A program made the translations under genes and the position numbers. A model generated the notes under the pieces. It saw nothing but the letters and a program-made list of their open reading frames with translations, had not been told where the DNA came from and ran no database searches. This document shows positions 37,050-51,018 of a stretch of DNA of 64,000 nt, one piece after another. Origin of the DNA: Geosiphon pyriformis uo1 (Eukaryota; Fungi; Glomeromycota); assembly GCA_016748015.1 (NCBI GenBank), contig JAAOMT010000503.1, positions 273,669 through 337,668 on the forward strand. Direction: 5' to 3'. Numbering within the stretch: the first letter of the stretch is position 1; every line of letters begins with the position of its first letter.

Positions 37050-40000
37050 TTATAAATCCACAAAGACAGCACACCCTAGAGATACACAAAAGTGGTAACT
37101 ATTAGAACAATAGGAAAGAATCACTTCTTGTACAGAAGAGCACTATTTCAATACTTTCAAAAAATCTAGGAATCCCAGCAGAAACCACCATCACAGAAAG
37201 TGATTTTTGCAACTATATCAACACAAAGATCAACTGCTTGTTAGGCCATGCAACTGACACAGGAAAACTTGGAGAACAAATTCATCAAAGTTTATTAAGA
37301 TACTCAACAACTATCACTACTCAAGCAATCACTGAAACCCTACACATAGTCAATACAGACATTAAACACTACATGACAAAACAATTCCCTCAAATACAAC
37401 AACCAGTAGAATCCAATCCAGAGGAATATAAATACAGACCCAATAATCCCACAACTGCCCAAGACAAATCCATGGTCAACAAGAAACCAAGGGTCCTCTC
37501 CCCAACAACTCTATCATATTATCAGATACTTCAAAGTAGAATTGTATTTAATCCACCCCCAGAAATCCAGTTGAAAACATCACAAACTCCTGGAAATCTA
37601 CACCCTTGGAATCAACACAGTTGGACCAAATCATTAAGAGAATATGGATTGCTGTTTGGAAATTTTATTCCAACAGCTGGTCAAACAGAAGGAAACACGT
37701 TAATTTGGAAACAATTACCAGCACAAAACTCAGCAGAATCAGTATCTTTTCTGATGGAAGAAACAGCTATCTTACAACCTAGTGATTCAAGTGACAAAGA
37801 AAAACAACCAGCATTAGCACCCAGAGAACACTTGAATATGCAGACACCAACCTCCTTAAATATAACCAGTAACACCCCACTCATCAACTGAATCATGGCT
37901 TACTGAGATATTGCTAAGTTAGAAAAATTCTCAGGGGAAGAAGATAATGCATATTTGTGAATTGTGGAAGCTGAGAAAGCAATCACTGCCAACAACTGGG
38001 ATAATGACAGAGCTATTCAAGCACTGCCATTTTTTCTAACTGGAACTGCAGACTCATGATATCAAAGCCTTGCAGAGAAACCAACCGACTTTGCTGCTTT
38101 TAAATTTGTTTTCCTGCAATACTTTTGTGATCTTAATACTCTTATTAGATTACAAAATCAGTTCAATATCATAAAACAAAAAGACCATGAAGCAGTAACC
38201 ACTTATCTTGAATGATTCAACTAAATCTTTCATTAAATCCAAATCATTGAAAGGGATTACTATATTGTGATGCAAATCCTTAACCAATTTGTCAAAAGAT
38301 TAAAAAGCAGTCTCTTCTAATCCATAAGACTCCACCATCCAACAAATCTACAAGAAGCAGTCACTTTTGCTTGTAATTTTGAGTTGGCCAAACAAGAAAC
38401 AAATCATACTCAAGCTGTTAACTTAGCCATCAATAGAATCTCTGACATTGACGCAAAAATAACCCAATTAAGTGAAAAATTAACAAAAAAAATTAAGGGC
38501 TTCTTAGCCAAAACTGCAGAAACTTACCGACTACCACAATGGAGAGAAAATAACAACAACAGCAGATATCAATAGCAACAGAACCATCAACAACAGTAAC
38601 AATCTTGGAGATCTGATCTCCACAACTGTTACTACTGCCAGAAACCTGGACACATTGCTTAGGACTACAGAAAGAAGATCATGGACTAAAATCAAGGAAA
38701 CCAATACCAGCAACCAAGATATCAGCAAAACATAGTATCCCAATATCTCATACTTCAAAATCAACTGCTCCAATACACACAACAAGTTCTGTACACTCAA
38801 CCACCACCCCAAAATTATTATCAACTACCACCAATGACACAAACAATCTCTCACTATCCAACTCCCCTTTACAGCCCGTCCAGACTTCAAGCTATAGACT
38901 ATAATCAGAGATGGAGGAATTCCAACAACAATCAGGTGCAAACCAACAATGAACTGTTTTGACCAATCTCTTGTGGTCCTGCCCAATCTTGACCAGCACC
39001 AACTGGATACCCAAATCAAGCTTCCTATCTCAGTCTCACAAAAGACCAGGGTTTTGATAAATCTACATCCATGGAAAGAAGGAATGTAGAGTAAATCTCC
39101 AAACCTTCCAAGCAAACAAAAAGCAATATCCCACCAGCCACTATTACTGAAGACACCACCTTAGCCATGATATTTCCTTTTGACATTGATAATTTGAACA
39201 CTCATAGCCTTTTTAGTGGAACAGTTATCAATCAAGATAAACCAATAATGGCTCTATACACCAATGCCAGAGTTGAAGGAATAGACATTAAATTAATACT
39301 GGATAGTGGATTAGCTGGTAACATAATCACGAAGCAACTTATGGATCAACTAGGTTGCCAAGTAGACTGTGCCACTACTGCCCAGATCATTACAGCAGAT
39401 GGTAACACGAAAACCCCAATAAGAGAAATTGACAACTTCCCCTTCAAGATTAATGGAATCCAGATCTCTATTAAAGTACTCATCACAGAAACTATTCAAT
39501 ATCAAGCTCTAGTAAGAAATAATTGGTTGTCAAAAGCCAATGCTACTCTCAACTGGAACACTTAAGAACTTCAATTCATGTTCAATGGACAGCATGCCCA
39601 AGTCTCAGCTATGTGTGGATACTTTAAAACCCAACATACCAAGGAACCCCTTATTGAATTCGAAAACACACCACTGCTACCAACCATTGAGACCTATCAG
39701 GTTTCATGAATAAATGATTATTAAATTGAACTATCTCCACCACCAATCTGGAAAAAAAAAAAAAAGGCAGAGCAGAAGAGAAACTCCAATTGTCATCACT
39801 AGGATATGTAATCTCAGACCAAAGAAACTTATTTTACCAACCTTCAAGACTCATATGTGTCAATTGTGGAAAGAAGCTATTCACTATGGGTGCATGTATT
39901 GAAGACAACAAAGAATAGCCCACTGCCACCAAATACTACTGCAGACTTTGTTTACTAGACAGATTTGGGCAACCAAAACAACAAGATAAATGGGACAATA

Positions 40001-40639
40001 CACCATGCCTTACCTGTAGCAAGATCTTGTCAGATGAAGGACTCTGGAATGATGTACCTGACAGAAAAGAGATATGCAACAAAACATGTCAATATACTAT
40101 CTTGATCAATGATTGGGTATGAAACAGAACTTTGATCAAGAATGCCTGGAAATAAGCACTTAATTGATTGAACAGGTACCCACATGATAAACACAAAATA
40201 TTAAAAATGGCAAGTGCCAAAGCCAAAGGTGCTACACTCAGCAAAATCCAAGAAATCAAAGAAAATCTGTTTGTATCCGAATACAATAGACCCAATTACA
40301 TCACCAAAGAGTTTTTTACTGATGACCCAGATGCATTTCAGGATCATTACTAAGAATTGGCCCTAACCCAAAAAGAACAAGAACAGAGACTAACTGACCT
40401 AAACACAAAACTATGTGATTATTGTCTGATTTCTTGCTATTTCCAATACTGTGATGAATGTAACCTTATGTTTGATCCACCACCAAGAACATTATACCCT
40501 ATTAACAAACTATTAGAACCCAAAGAAGAAGCCAAGTTAATAGCTGAGGACATGCCATTTCAAGAGCCAAACAAGACTACCGAAACAGAACAATACTTCG
40601 CATATCCTGATCTTTTCAAAGAATTAAAATTGAAATAGT

Positions 40640-41060
40640 ATAGTGATAATAATGAAGGAATCTGCCCCCAAAAAGCACATGACACTGATGCTGGTTTCAA
40701 TTTATGATACCCTGGACAATCATTCTTAGTTATAGCCCCATATTTTCTAGTAAGCATAAATCTCAAAATAGCATTAGAAATTCCAGTTAGTACTATGATA
40801 CAAGTAGCATCTAGATCTAGCCTTGCAAAGAAAAAAATCGATGTAAAAAGAGGAATTATCAACGCCGAATATACCAGAAATATCATTGTGATGCTACAGA
40901 ACAATTTGGATAAGTCCTACAAAATAGAATCACATAACAAAATAGCTCAAGTTATCTTCCTGCCTTTGGTAAAAATACCACAATTAGCTCTGGTTACTAT
41001 TTACGAAAAGTTAGGCCTTACTGCCTGAGAAATCAATGGGTTCGGATCAAGTGGAAGAGG
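40640..41060 (+). pseudogene. dUTPase domain of F
   Basis: AHDTDAGFNL, VASRSSLAKK, GIINAEYT, KIAQVI, GFGSSG. Confidence 0.88.
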
Positions 41061-42891
41061 AAACGTACCAGTCAATTTCGCAAAGGAAGACAGTGACCAG
41101 ATAGAACTTATCTATACTGACACCATCATTTCCATCCTTCCCTATCGACAATATTTCCTCAAAGTGAATTGGAAAATCCAAGACCAGGCCCTGCTATTTG
41201 AAGCCAACCCTAAAATTTGCTCTCTAGCCAATATTGCTAACTTGTATTTACCAGCAAAGACTCATAAACACTTCAAAATTTCCATTCACAATTCAACCAA
41301 AGATGTTATAGAAATTCCTGAGGGAACTCTTGTCAGTTCCATATCTGCAGATATTCGGAACCCTGAAAAACTCCAATCTATTTCAGATTTTACACAATTG
41401 TTCTTATTCTGCAACATTACATTACAAATATGGAATTTGCCAAAAAAAAGTTATCTGTTCACACCAGAAGAGATCAATAAATTGAATTTAGAAAACTTAA
41501 GTACCCTACAACAGATGCAACTCAAAGTCTTTCTGAATTAGTATGCTGATGTCTTTGCCAGCAAAAATAAGTTTGGATATACTGACATTGTAAAACACCA
41601 AATCAACACAAAAGCTGCTTGATCTATCAAGCAACGAGCTTACCAAGTATCCCATCTGGTGATAACTTAATTAAGCAAGAAGTACAACAGATGCTTGACA
41701 ATGGTTTAATCAAAGAATTGTTAAGCCCTTGGTCCTTTCCAGTAGTCCTAGTTACTAAGAAAAATGGAAAGGTACAATTCTGCATGAACTACAGAAAACT
41801 AAACAGTGTCACTCGAGGAGATAGTTATTACACTCTCTTTATCCAAGAAATTCTGGACAATCTAAGAAAAAAAAAATAGTTTTCATCATTAGATCTAGCA
41901 AGTGGTTATTGGCAAGTTGAAATAAATTCCAAAGACAAAGAAAAAACAGCATTCACCACTTGAGATGAAAACTTCGAGTTTAACATAATGCCTTTTGGAC
42001 TCTTCAATGCTTCTGCCATGTTCTAATGCTTTATGAATATTGTATACAAAAGAATCCTGTGAAAATCAGTCATAGTATATCTAGATAATACCAATGTCTT
42101 TTCTAAAACGTTTAACAATTATTTGCTCTATCTGTAACAAGTTTTCGAATGTTTTCATAATGCCGAATTGAAACTCAACCCTAATAAATGCTTCTTTGGA
42201 AAAACCGAGTTAAAATTTCTAGGACATGTAATCAGCAAAGACGAAGTCAAACCTGATTCAGATAAGATCCAAAAAGTCAAGAATTTTCCAGCCCCAATTA
42301 ACTTCAGAGAATTACGAGGATTTCTAAGATTGACAAAATATTATTGTTGATTTGTCAAAGGTTTCTCGAACATTGCAAAACCACTTCATCATTTGTTGTC
42401 CAAATACATACCATATTTGTTAAAAGAAGATTAACAGAAGGCATTCAATTATCTTAAACAGTGATTGATCACATCCCCAATCCTGATTTACCCAGATTTT
42501 TTTAAACTGTTTATTGTCATTACAGACTCCTCAAAAAATGCTCTAGAAGCAGTTTTATCACAAATAGGACTGAACAATAGAGAACATCCAATTGCCTATG
42601 CCAGTTGCAGCATGAGTCCACTAAAAAAAAATTACAGCACAACAGATCTGGAATGTTTCGCCATTTATTGGGTCATACAAACTTGGAAACATTACCTTAG
42701 TCAACCATTTGACTTATATACTGACCACAAAGGACTTATTTGGTTACTTAACAATCCACAACTAGAAGAAAAATATGTGAGATGAAGTACTTATCTGCAA
42801 CAATTCTCACTCAAAGTCTATTACAAGGAAGGATCCAAGAACACCAATGCTGACAATTTGTCGAGGATGCCACAAACCTAATTCCAGACCC

Positions 42892-44259
42892 ATAAACACA
42901 CTCACTTATCAACAACTACATCAGTACCTATCAACACTATGTTTCAAAAAGATATTATCTCAACAGGAACAAAGTACCATACAAAAACAAGCCTGAAATT
43001 ATTTTATTCAAGACAACTAACTATATCAATAAGAACACTGAAACCACCCCATCCCATAATGACTAATTAAGAACAGTAAAAGAGAAACTATACTATATAG
43101 CATGGACTCAGATCTGATGTCAGGACACTTTAACAAAGATGCTACCTTCGAAAAACACTAAATTTATACTATTGGCCAATGATATACAAAGATATTTTCA
43201 AATATGTGCTCAATTGTAATACATACCAGCGAAGAGAAGGAGCAAGATCAACAGAACCACTTCGACCCATTTCAGTTGGAAATCCATTTGATAGAATTAG
43301 GATCAATTTGGTTGGTCTTTTCTCAATTACATCTAAAGAAAATTGGTATATTGCTGTAGCCATTGATTATCTTACAAAATGGCCAGAAGCCAGAGCAATT
43401 CAAGTGGCCAATGCTAAAACAGTAGCCAAGTTTGTACATAAAAACCTAATTTGCCAACATGGATGTTTGAAAGAATTGTTATCCAATCAAGGAACACATT
43501 TCATCAATAATATGTTAACAGAATTAAGCCAATGGTTTGGTATAAAACATTTTTTATTGTCACCATACCACCCACAAATTAATGGACTGGTAAAATGGTT
43601 TAACCAAACACTTTATGAAGCACTAGCAAAAATAAGTCAAAAAAACGAACAAGAATGGGACTTATTCATACCTTCAGTACTTTTTATATACTGAACACTA
43701 AAGCAAAATATAATACACTTCACACCATTCAAACTAGTCTATGGAAGGAAAGCTACATTACTTATTGAACAAGAAATATTGTTCTACCCAACAAAAACAA
43801 TTACCAAAGAAAATTTTAAAGCTATCTTGTATCACAGAACGTACCAGCTAATGAAAACATTAGAAAACAATCAAAGAACAACAGCTGATAACATTAGTAA
43901 CACTTAAAAACAACAAAAGGAAAGACATGACAATCACCCTATCTGAACAACCAATGGAATTCAAAATTGAAGACCAGGTACTGTTATATTGTACAAAAGC
44001 TGAGAAACAGTGAAATAAAAAGTTGGACCCAAAGTGGGATAGTCTATTCCACATACAAAAAGCTTTAGGAAATAGAGCTTACAAACTACAATTAAAAGAC
44101 AGGATTTTAAAGAAAGTAGTGCATGGAAATTGGTTAAAAATTTATTATGCAAAACAAGAATCATCATCATCAGTACCTCAACTAGGAACACAAATTTTAT
44201 TAATCAGACCAGAAGATATATCACAAAATCTGGAACCAATCATCATCATCAAAATATAG
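42892..44259 (+). pseudogene. Integrase ORF of F
   Basis: (M>I)NTLTYQQLHQYL; YYWP, DYLTKWPEA, SPYHPQINGLV; ends LEPIIIIKI*. Confidence 0.85.
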
Positions 44260-45074
44260 ACAATGAGCAGCAAATTAAATTGGAGAATTCAAATATATAT
44301 AGCATTCGAAAAGCAGCAAAAAATGATAGAAATTTTAATATAGACCTTTCAGATCAAATTTTAAAATTATCTAAACAATTATTTGAAACAATTCAAAAAT
44401 CTCCTGCTTAAATAGAAATAACAATTGATAAAAAAGAGATACAATACAAAGATAAGAGCAGGAGAGAGGAGGACGAGAGTTTAATTAGAACTAAATTTTT
44501 CCTTTCCTACTCACCACCCAAAAAGCAATGTTGAAAAAAAAATTGCCTTTGGGCAGGAGGTGGAAAAGAAAGAGACAAAAAACAAGAAAAAGGTTACAAA
44601 AGAAGATACTTGGTCCACAAGCTCGAAGAAATAAAAAAAGCTTTAATTCATGAGACCGAACTCTCTGAAACAGGGGAGTGAACACCTGACAATGCTCAGG
44701 AATGGAAAGAAAAACTTTCTCCAGCATATTGGTTCTACAAAATTGGAGAACAGCTTGACTTGAAAACACCATATGAAGACCTCAGCCAGAAAATGTTCAA
44801 CAAAGAAGCAATACAACAAGTAGAAAAGTTTGTAAAGAAAAACAACCTGATACTATATTACAAAACAGCATACTGACTATATGTCACTTTCCAACATTGT
44901 CCAAATGTACTGGTATATGAATCGATAAAGATGATAACAGTTAACAACATAGAACAAATTACCAATCAACAGTTCAAAGACCTACGAAAAACAGTACTCG
45001 ATGCAATTATCGAATATTACATGAATGAAGACATAGGAACAGATACATATGATTTCACAGGAGCTCAATTCTAA
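44256..45074 (+). pseudogene. Accessory ORF3 of F
   Basis: Sense frame with few stops: ...YWFYKIGEQL...YYKTAY*LYVTFQHCPNVL...IIEYYMN...DFTGAQF*. Confidence 0.72.
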
Positions 45075-45088
45075 AAAGAGAGGGATAA

Positions 45089-46176
45089 TGTTATCCAAGT
45101 AGAAAAACTGATCCAAAGTTATAAAGAAACATGACCAAAACATGACCAAAACGTGACATAACACAGAATAGCACGCAATAATGTTGAATAATGCATTATA
45201 ATATAGGATAATGTGTTATAACACAGGATAACACAGAATAGCGTGCAATAACATTGGATAAACACATTATAATGAAGAATAATGTGTTATAATACAGGAT
45301 AACACAGAATAACATGTAATAACATTAGATAATATGTTATAATATAGGATAACTAGCAATAACATAGAAAAACGAAGCAATAACAGAAATAGTAAAGCAA
45401 TAGCTAGCAATAGTGAGACAATTGAAAGCAATCTTGTAAAACCAAAAGAATGTATAAAAGCAAGTAGTTGTAAAAATTAGAAAAACAGACAGATAAATAT
45501 GAACCTTTAGACAAGAATCAAATATCCATACCCCTTCATTATTTATTATCTTCCTTATTTCATCTTCTGAAATAAACCAATTATTAAAGAAATCAGAATC
45601 ATGAATTCATGTTCTCGAACTTTGTGGAATTTATGTAAATTAACTCTTGTCTCATATCTTTGTTTTAGGACAGATGCTCTTAGCATAACTGTCTCGAACT
45701 ATTAACAATTTGGACCAATCACTCTTGATCACGGCAATTGATGATACTAATTTATTTATTTTTTCTTTTTTTTTTCTTTCTTATTTTTTTTGTGAAACGG
45801 CAACATAGTAAAACCAACTGTCTAAGAATAGACTTTGTGATAGCCTGGTAAAAGAGGGAAGCTCCTTCTAAGTTTTGAATATTAATATTATCTTGTTAGT
45901 TTACCAGAAGAACGAAAAGACAATGCCAGATCCTAATGACTGTGCTCGTTAGTTTGGAGAAGAAAGCTCACATTTATGGAAAACGTTGCAATCAATGAAA
46001 GACAAACTCTGTGTCTTATAACCAAAGAACTTAATGGGTAAAATCACATTCAGAAATAGACTTTCAGAGACTGATAATCAAGACTAAGCCAACAGAATTA
46101 CACAGAAGATGCATCATCAATAATTAAGAGCACCAAACATTACCATTTCTCATACCCACCAAGTTTACTTATAACA
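45089..46176 (+). repeat. 3' LTR of F
   Basis: Follows the PPT; ends ATAACA, followed by the TSD. Confidence 0.93.
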
Positions 46177-49100
46177 CCAGCATTTCTAAGGAGATCAAAA
46201 ACCTTTTGCAAGTGTTCAAGATGTTCATTCCAGGTTTTTGAATATACTATTATACCATCTAAATAGACCAGAACAAAGTTTTTTTTTACTGATTCAAATA
46301 CTTTGTTTATTAAGCATTAAAAAGTAGAAGGAGTATTGATGAGACCAAAAAGCATAACTGTAAATTTATAGATGTCATATTTGGTAATAAAAGCAGTTTT
46401 TTTTTTACTTTTTTGATCCATTTCTACTTGTCAGAATTTAGCAGTTAAGTTAATAGTTGAGAAGAAAGCAGCACTATTGAATTTGTTTAGCATTGTATCA
46501 ATTTTTGGAAGTAGATATATGTTTCTTATAGTAATAGCATTTAATTGGTGATAGTTAATGCAGAAGTATAAGGTTCCACTTTTTTTGAATACCACTACAA
46601 CTGGGAAAGCCTATTTACTTTTGGTTTTTTGTATAAATCTAAGATTTTTTATTTGGATTATTTCTTTCTTAATAAACCCATTATTGTGCTAATTGGATTA
46701 ATAAGACTTCAAATAAATGGGGTAAGTTTCTCTGGTAGTAATAGTATGTTGTATCATATAAGTTCATCCAGAGGTATCACTTTCTTTTGAGATAACTGGA
46801 CTATTTTTAGCCAACAGATTTTCAATGTCTATTTTTTTTTCTTCTAAGGAGAGTTTTTTTTGTTTTATTGTAAGTAATTGAATCTTAGATGGTTTACTCT
46901 CAAAGAACTTTTGTACTTCTCTTAATTTTTCTCTTGGTATTAGGCTAATTGGCTCCCAATTTTTGTAATATATTAAGCAGGACTTGTATTTATCACTTGA
47001 AAAATACAAAAGTTTATTGCATCAGTACCTGGTACAAGGACCATATTATCAATAATTGTATTTAGCTTTCTTACTAGGTTTTTTATCAAAGATTCTTTTG
47101 AGGATATTATAGTAGGGCCAGCAAATCAGCTTGTCATTTACCATAATTCTTTCTTTGTTAGCTTTAATATTGTCTAGTGGCTTGTCATTGTTGGTGAAAA
47201 TGGTATAGGTGAGTTTAACAGTTTCTTTTTATTCTTCTTGATCTTTTTCTTCATTACTTTCATTATCATCTGATTTATCTAATTGTTTTTTTTTGGTTTT
47301 GCTTGGATATTGAGAGAGTTGTTCAATAATGGCATTTAATCACAATGGGTTTTTTACCACATTTGATGATTAGTTCACAAAGTTTATAATCAAGTAAAAC
47401 TTTTGCCTTCTTAAACTATTTATTGTCAACAATAATAGTGTATTTTTTTGCTTCAAATACTTCCATATTAGTTTCAATGCTGATGTTATTGATACAGACA
47501 GGAATAACTTTGGCTATACCAAGTTCTTTTTTTTTGTTATCATGCATATTGGTTATTGGTTTAGTTAAAAGTTTATCAATCTTTTTACCAATAACTTTCA
47601 GAAAGTGTTTGGCAATTACACTTACAGATGATCTACTGTTTAGGATCAAGTCAATGAAATAACCAGTCATTTGGGCTTTGCAAATTAAAAAGGTAATATT
47701 ACTATTGTCAGCAAGTCCAGCTTAGTAAGAGCACTTGTTAGTTTTTGGTGTCTTCTTTTTTGAGATTAATTATTTGCAAAGATTTTTTCTGAACTGTGAA
47801 TAAGTCATTAGTTGGCCAAATATAATGTGTGTTGGAGTTTTCATGAGATCTTTAATAATAAAATAGAGACTAGATTTTTGTACTATTTCTAAAGATTCCA
47901 ACTTTGGGGAATTTTTAAAAACTTTAGCCTTTGGTGGCTCATTGTTATTAGCAGTTGATGTGGATACTTTGTTTGGGTTCAGAATAAAATCAACCTTGGT
48001 TTTCTTCTTTTTTTTTGTTGATTTAAAAGTGTTAATTGCTAGTTTATCCATGTTATGATTATTATTAGTTAGATTAAAAGTGTAAAAAGGGTTTTTTTTT
48101 GGTTGGCTTGCACTTTTACCCTTTGGAGATGTGCCTACCAGTTTAAAAGCTAATAAACAGTGGCTTCAACTAAGGGATTCTCTCCAAAAAAATTGATGTT
48201 AGTATAATTGGATTTTTGATTGAGAATACTATTGTTATTGATTTTGTTGTTCTGATTATCATTATTTCTAAGAGCTGAAGAAAACAAAGGAAGATTATTG
48301 CAATCTTTGAAGAAATGTCCAGTTAATCTACAGCAATAACACACAAGTGGGCCATAATTTTGTTGTCTTTGAAAAGATGGTTGCTGGGACTAATTAAAAT
48401 GGGATTCAAATCTGAGGTTTTGGATTTGTTGATTTTCTCTGACTGCTTGGACTAAGAGTTCTAATAACCAAACAAGATTGGTTGTAAGTCTATCTATTAA
48501 TTGTTTATTGGAATCTGAAGTCTAAGCAATGAAAGAAGTAGTAGTCATTTGAGAAACAGAAGCCATAATAAGAGCAAGAGCAAAAACTGAAAGTGTGAAT
48601 TCTAAGTGCATCCTTTGATTGTTTTCAATTCATTGAACAAGTTCAATGACCATGTCTATTGTAGGATTGTCTTTTAGGGCCAAAAAAGACCAAAGAGCAT
48701 ATAAAAGATCAGTTCTCAATTTTTTTGTAAAGAAATAAATCTTTTGTTCTTTTGTCCAGTTTTTTCCAAAGTCTACTTACTTGATTAACTTTCTGATTGC
48801 TTTGGCATATTCAGTTACAATTTCACCAGGATCTTGGGTTTTTTTTCTAATTCCATGTGTTATTTGAATATCAAGATAGAAGTTCTAAATTTCATTTCAA
48901 ACTAGATAGTAAAAGAAATATTGTCTTTTCCAGCATTTGCTGATGTCCATCTAATGATTTTTTGTTAAGCATTGGCATTGGTTTTTTGTGAGAACCAAGT
49001 AGCAGGAAAGTTTTGAAGATAGCCACCAATAATTTGGAACTTGTATTCATTATCATATTGGTTGGCTGTGGTAGCTCTTTCAAAGTCATCCAACCATTCA

Positions 49101-49728
49101 ATTAAATCTTGTATATTACCTCTGAATAATGATAATGAAGTATTGTTTTTTTATTTTAAAGCAGTTTGTATGTCTTGAAGTGTGATCAGAATATTTTGTT
49201 GCATAGAGTCATTAGCCATTGGTTTAGGAGTAGCTGTTTGTATAAAGTGTTTTGATTTACTTAAGAAGAGATCAAAAACAAAAGTAGTTTAATAGTTTTT
49301 TTCTTTTGTTTCAAAGAATGTTTTAGCTAGCAATTCAAATGTGAATTTGGTAATTTAGATATTTAGAATCAGAAAACTGTTGTTTAAAGATTGTAGAATA
49401 TAAAAGCTAATTGATATTGTTGTTTCTTTTTTTAAAATTGTCTTCGAAATAAGCTTGGTCAAAGTAATAAGTTGTATAGGCTGTATAGGTTTCAGCTGAA
49501 TGCTTATTTAGAAACCAGTTCCAAAAGTCTTGGAATTGTCTACTGAATTGTTTTTCAATAAGGAAGCAAATCAAGCAAAAGAGCAAAAGATTAAGTTCAA
49601 TAAAGTCTAAATCATTTTTGTTGTGTGCTTTAAAGTGTTCTTCTGATTGTTGTAACAGGTATAAATAATTACTCATACAATAGAAAACAAAATAGATTTT
49701 GACAACCTCACAAAAAGCACCACTTTTA

Positions 49729-50352
49729 TGTTACAGATTAAAGTAATAAGCTAACAAATAACAAAAAAGAACAGAATTATAGAGTAATAAAAGGAATCAA
49801 AGAAAATTCAACTTCAAAAAGTGAATTAAATAAGTATGAATTTAATGTATAAGATCAGTTTCATAAAATATCTTAATTACTATACTTTTCAAAAGATAAT
49901 TGGGAATCTGAAGATAAAGAAATAGTTCATACTATCAACAAATAATTACACACTAATATAATTCTATGCCTCATGTTAGTACTCTTAGAATTTAATATCA
50001 AGTATCAGATATACTTTTCAATTATGTTTTATTCAATAATCTTCAAATGCTACAATTACACATTTTAGGAAAAGGATAGAAAATAACCAACAAGTAATCT
50101 TTTATTTCAAGATGTTCAAATACTTAAAAGTAAAGAAAAAAATTTTAATGATAAAAAAAGAATTAAGATGAAAGTTGTTATTTTATTTATTTTATTTTCT
50201 TGATTTCTGACATGTCTTTTCAATGATCAGGTCAACAACTAGGTCAATGATCAGGTCAATGATCACTATCTAAAAATAAGATGGCTAATTATATGACATC
50301 GGTGGCTAATACATGTGATAACTAATAAAAAGTATGGGTTTCAATCGTAACA
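49729..50352 (-). repeat. 5' LTR of D0 (internal deletion of roughly 90 bp)
   Basis: Matches family D LTRs; PBS adjacent; flank GTAG. Confidence 0.9.
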
Positions 50353-51018
50353 GTAGTATTGTGTGTTTGTTTTGTGAGAATGTCAAATTTTTGGATCACG
50401 TTTTTTCTTGTAGAATGGATAGTGAAGCTCACAAGAAGCTGCTAGATGCCCATATGGCCACCTGGAAAGCATCTTCTGGTCAGCTTAGGTCATTCTCGTG
50501 TGTTTTCCAATTGCTCTCCTCATGTTCTTCTAATTTTGCTGTATATACGGCTTTATGTAGGGGGTTTGTTTTTAAGGACTGGTTTTAGGAAGCTTTCTCA
50601 GTTTTCAAAGATCCTAAAATTGCTAGCTGTAAGGTTGTGGACTTTGTACATAGTTTTAGACTGGCTTATAGAAATAATATCTGGCTTGTTCCCTTCAAGC
50701 ACCGGGCTTTAATGGAAAAGGGTGGCCTAATTCTGTGCGATGGGACCATATCAGTAGTTGTTACCGGCCCATCATCTGTATTGTCTAGTGGTGTGGTTAA
50801 GCTGCTGGGGATTGCTGAGGCTTTCGGAGTGAGTTTTGGCATGTGCAAATCGTGTTTGTTCTTTTCGGATATTGGGGATTTCATTTCTGTACGTGTAGAC
50901 GCATAGTGTTGTCCTGACTGGCCTGAGTGGCTGGTCATGTGTAGCAAATGCATGATTCACTCCTAGTTTAGATCACTTAGTGTTTGGACCTCACCCATTA
51001 AACGAAATAAAAAAAAAC
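50353..51018 (+). mobile_element. 3' end of a non-LTR (LINE-like) retrotransposon, interrupted by D0
   Basis: C-x2-C-x7-H-x3-C knuckle (CLFCENVKFLDHVFSC), stop at 50906, ~100-nt 3' UTR and A-tail; homologous to 58240-58922. Confidence 0.75.

Larger units (their letters stand above)
35932..46176 (+). mobile_element. Full-length degenerate Ty3/gypsy element F (dUTPase-containing), inserted in the RT of D0, TSD CCAG
   Basis: LTRs 35932-37030 and 45089-46176; CCAG at 35928-35931 and 46177-46180; PBS 37033; PPT AAAAAGAGAGGGATAA; Gag, PR (LILDSG), dUTPase, RT, RNase H, IN, ORF3. Confidence 0.95.
16880..50352 (-). mobile_element. Ty3/gypsy element D0 (family D, no dUTPase), present as fragments 16880-18040, 33800-35931 and 46177-50352; host of B, D1 and F
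   Basis: Fragments rejoin across TSDs ATAC and CCAG and are collinear with D1; its two LTRs share diagnostic variants (AAAAATAAGATGGCTAATTATATGA, GTATGGGTTTCAATC). Confidence 0.9.

Noticed and set aside
2339-50000. Alternative genetic code or programmed readthrough to explain the many in-frame stops
   Set aside because: Most stops differ between sibling copies and derive from CAA/CAG/CGA/TGG by transitions; host genes use the standard code. Only the RNase H/IN stop is positionally conserved
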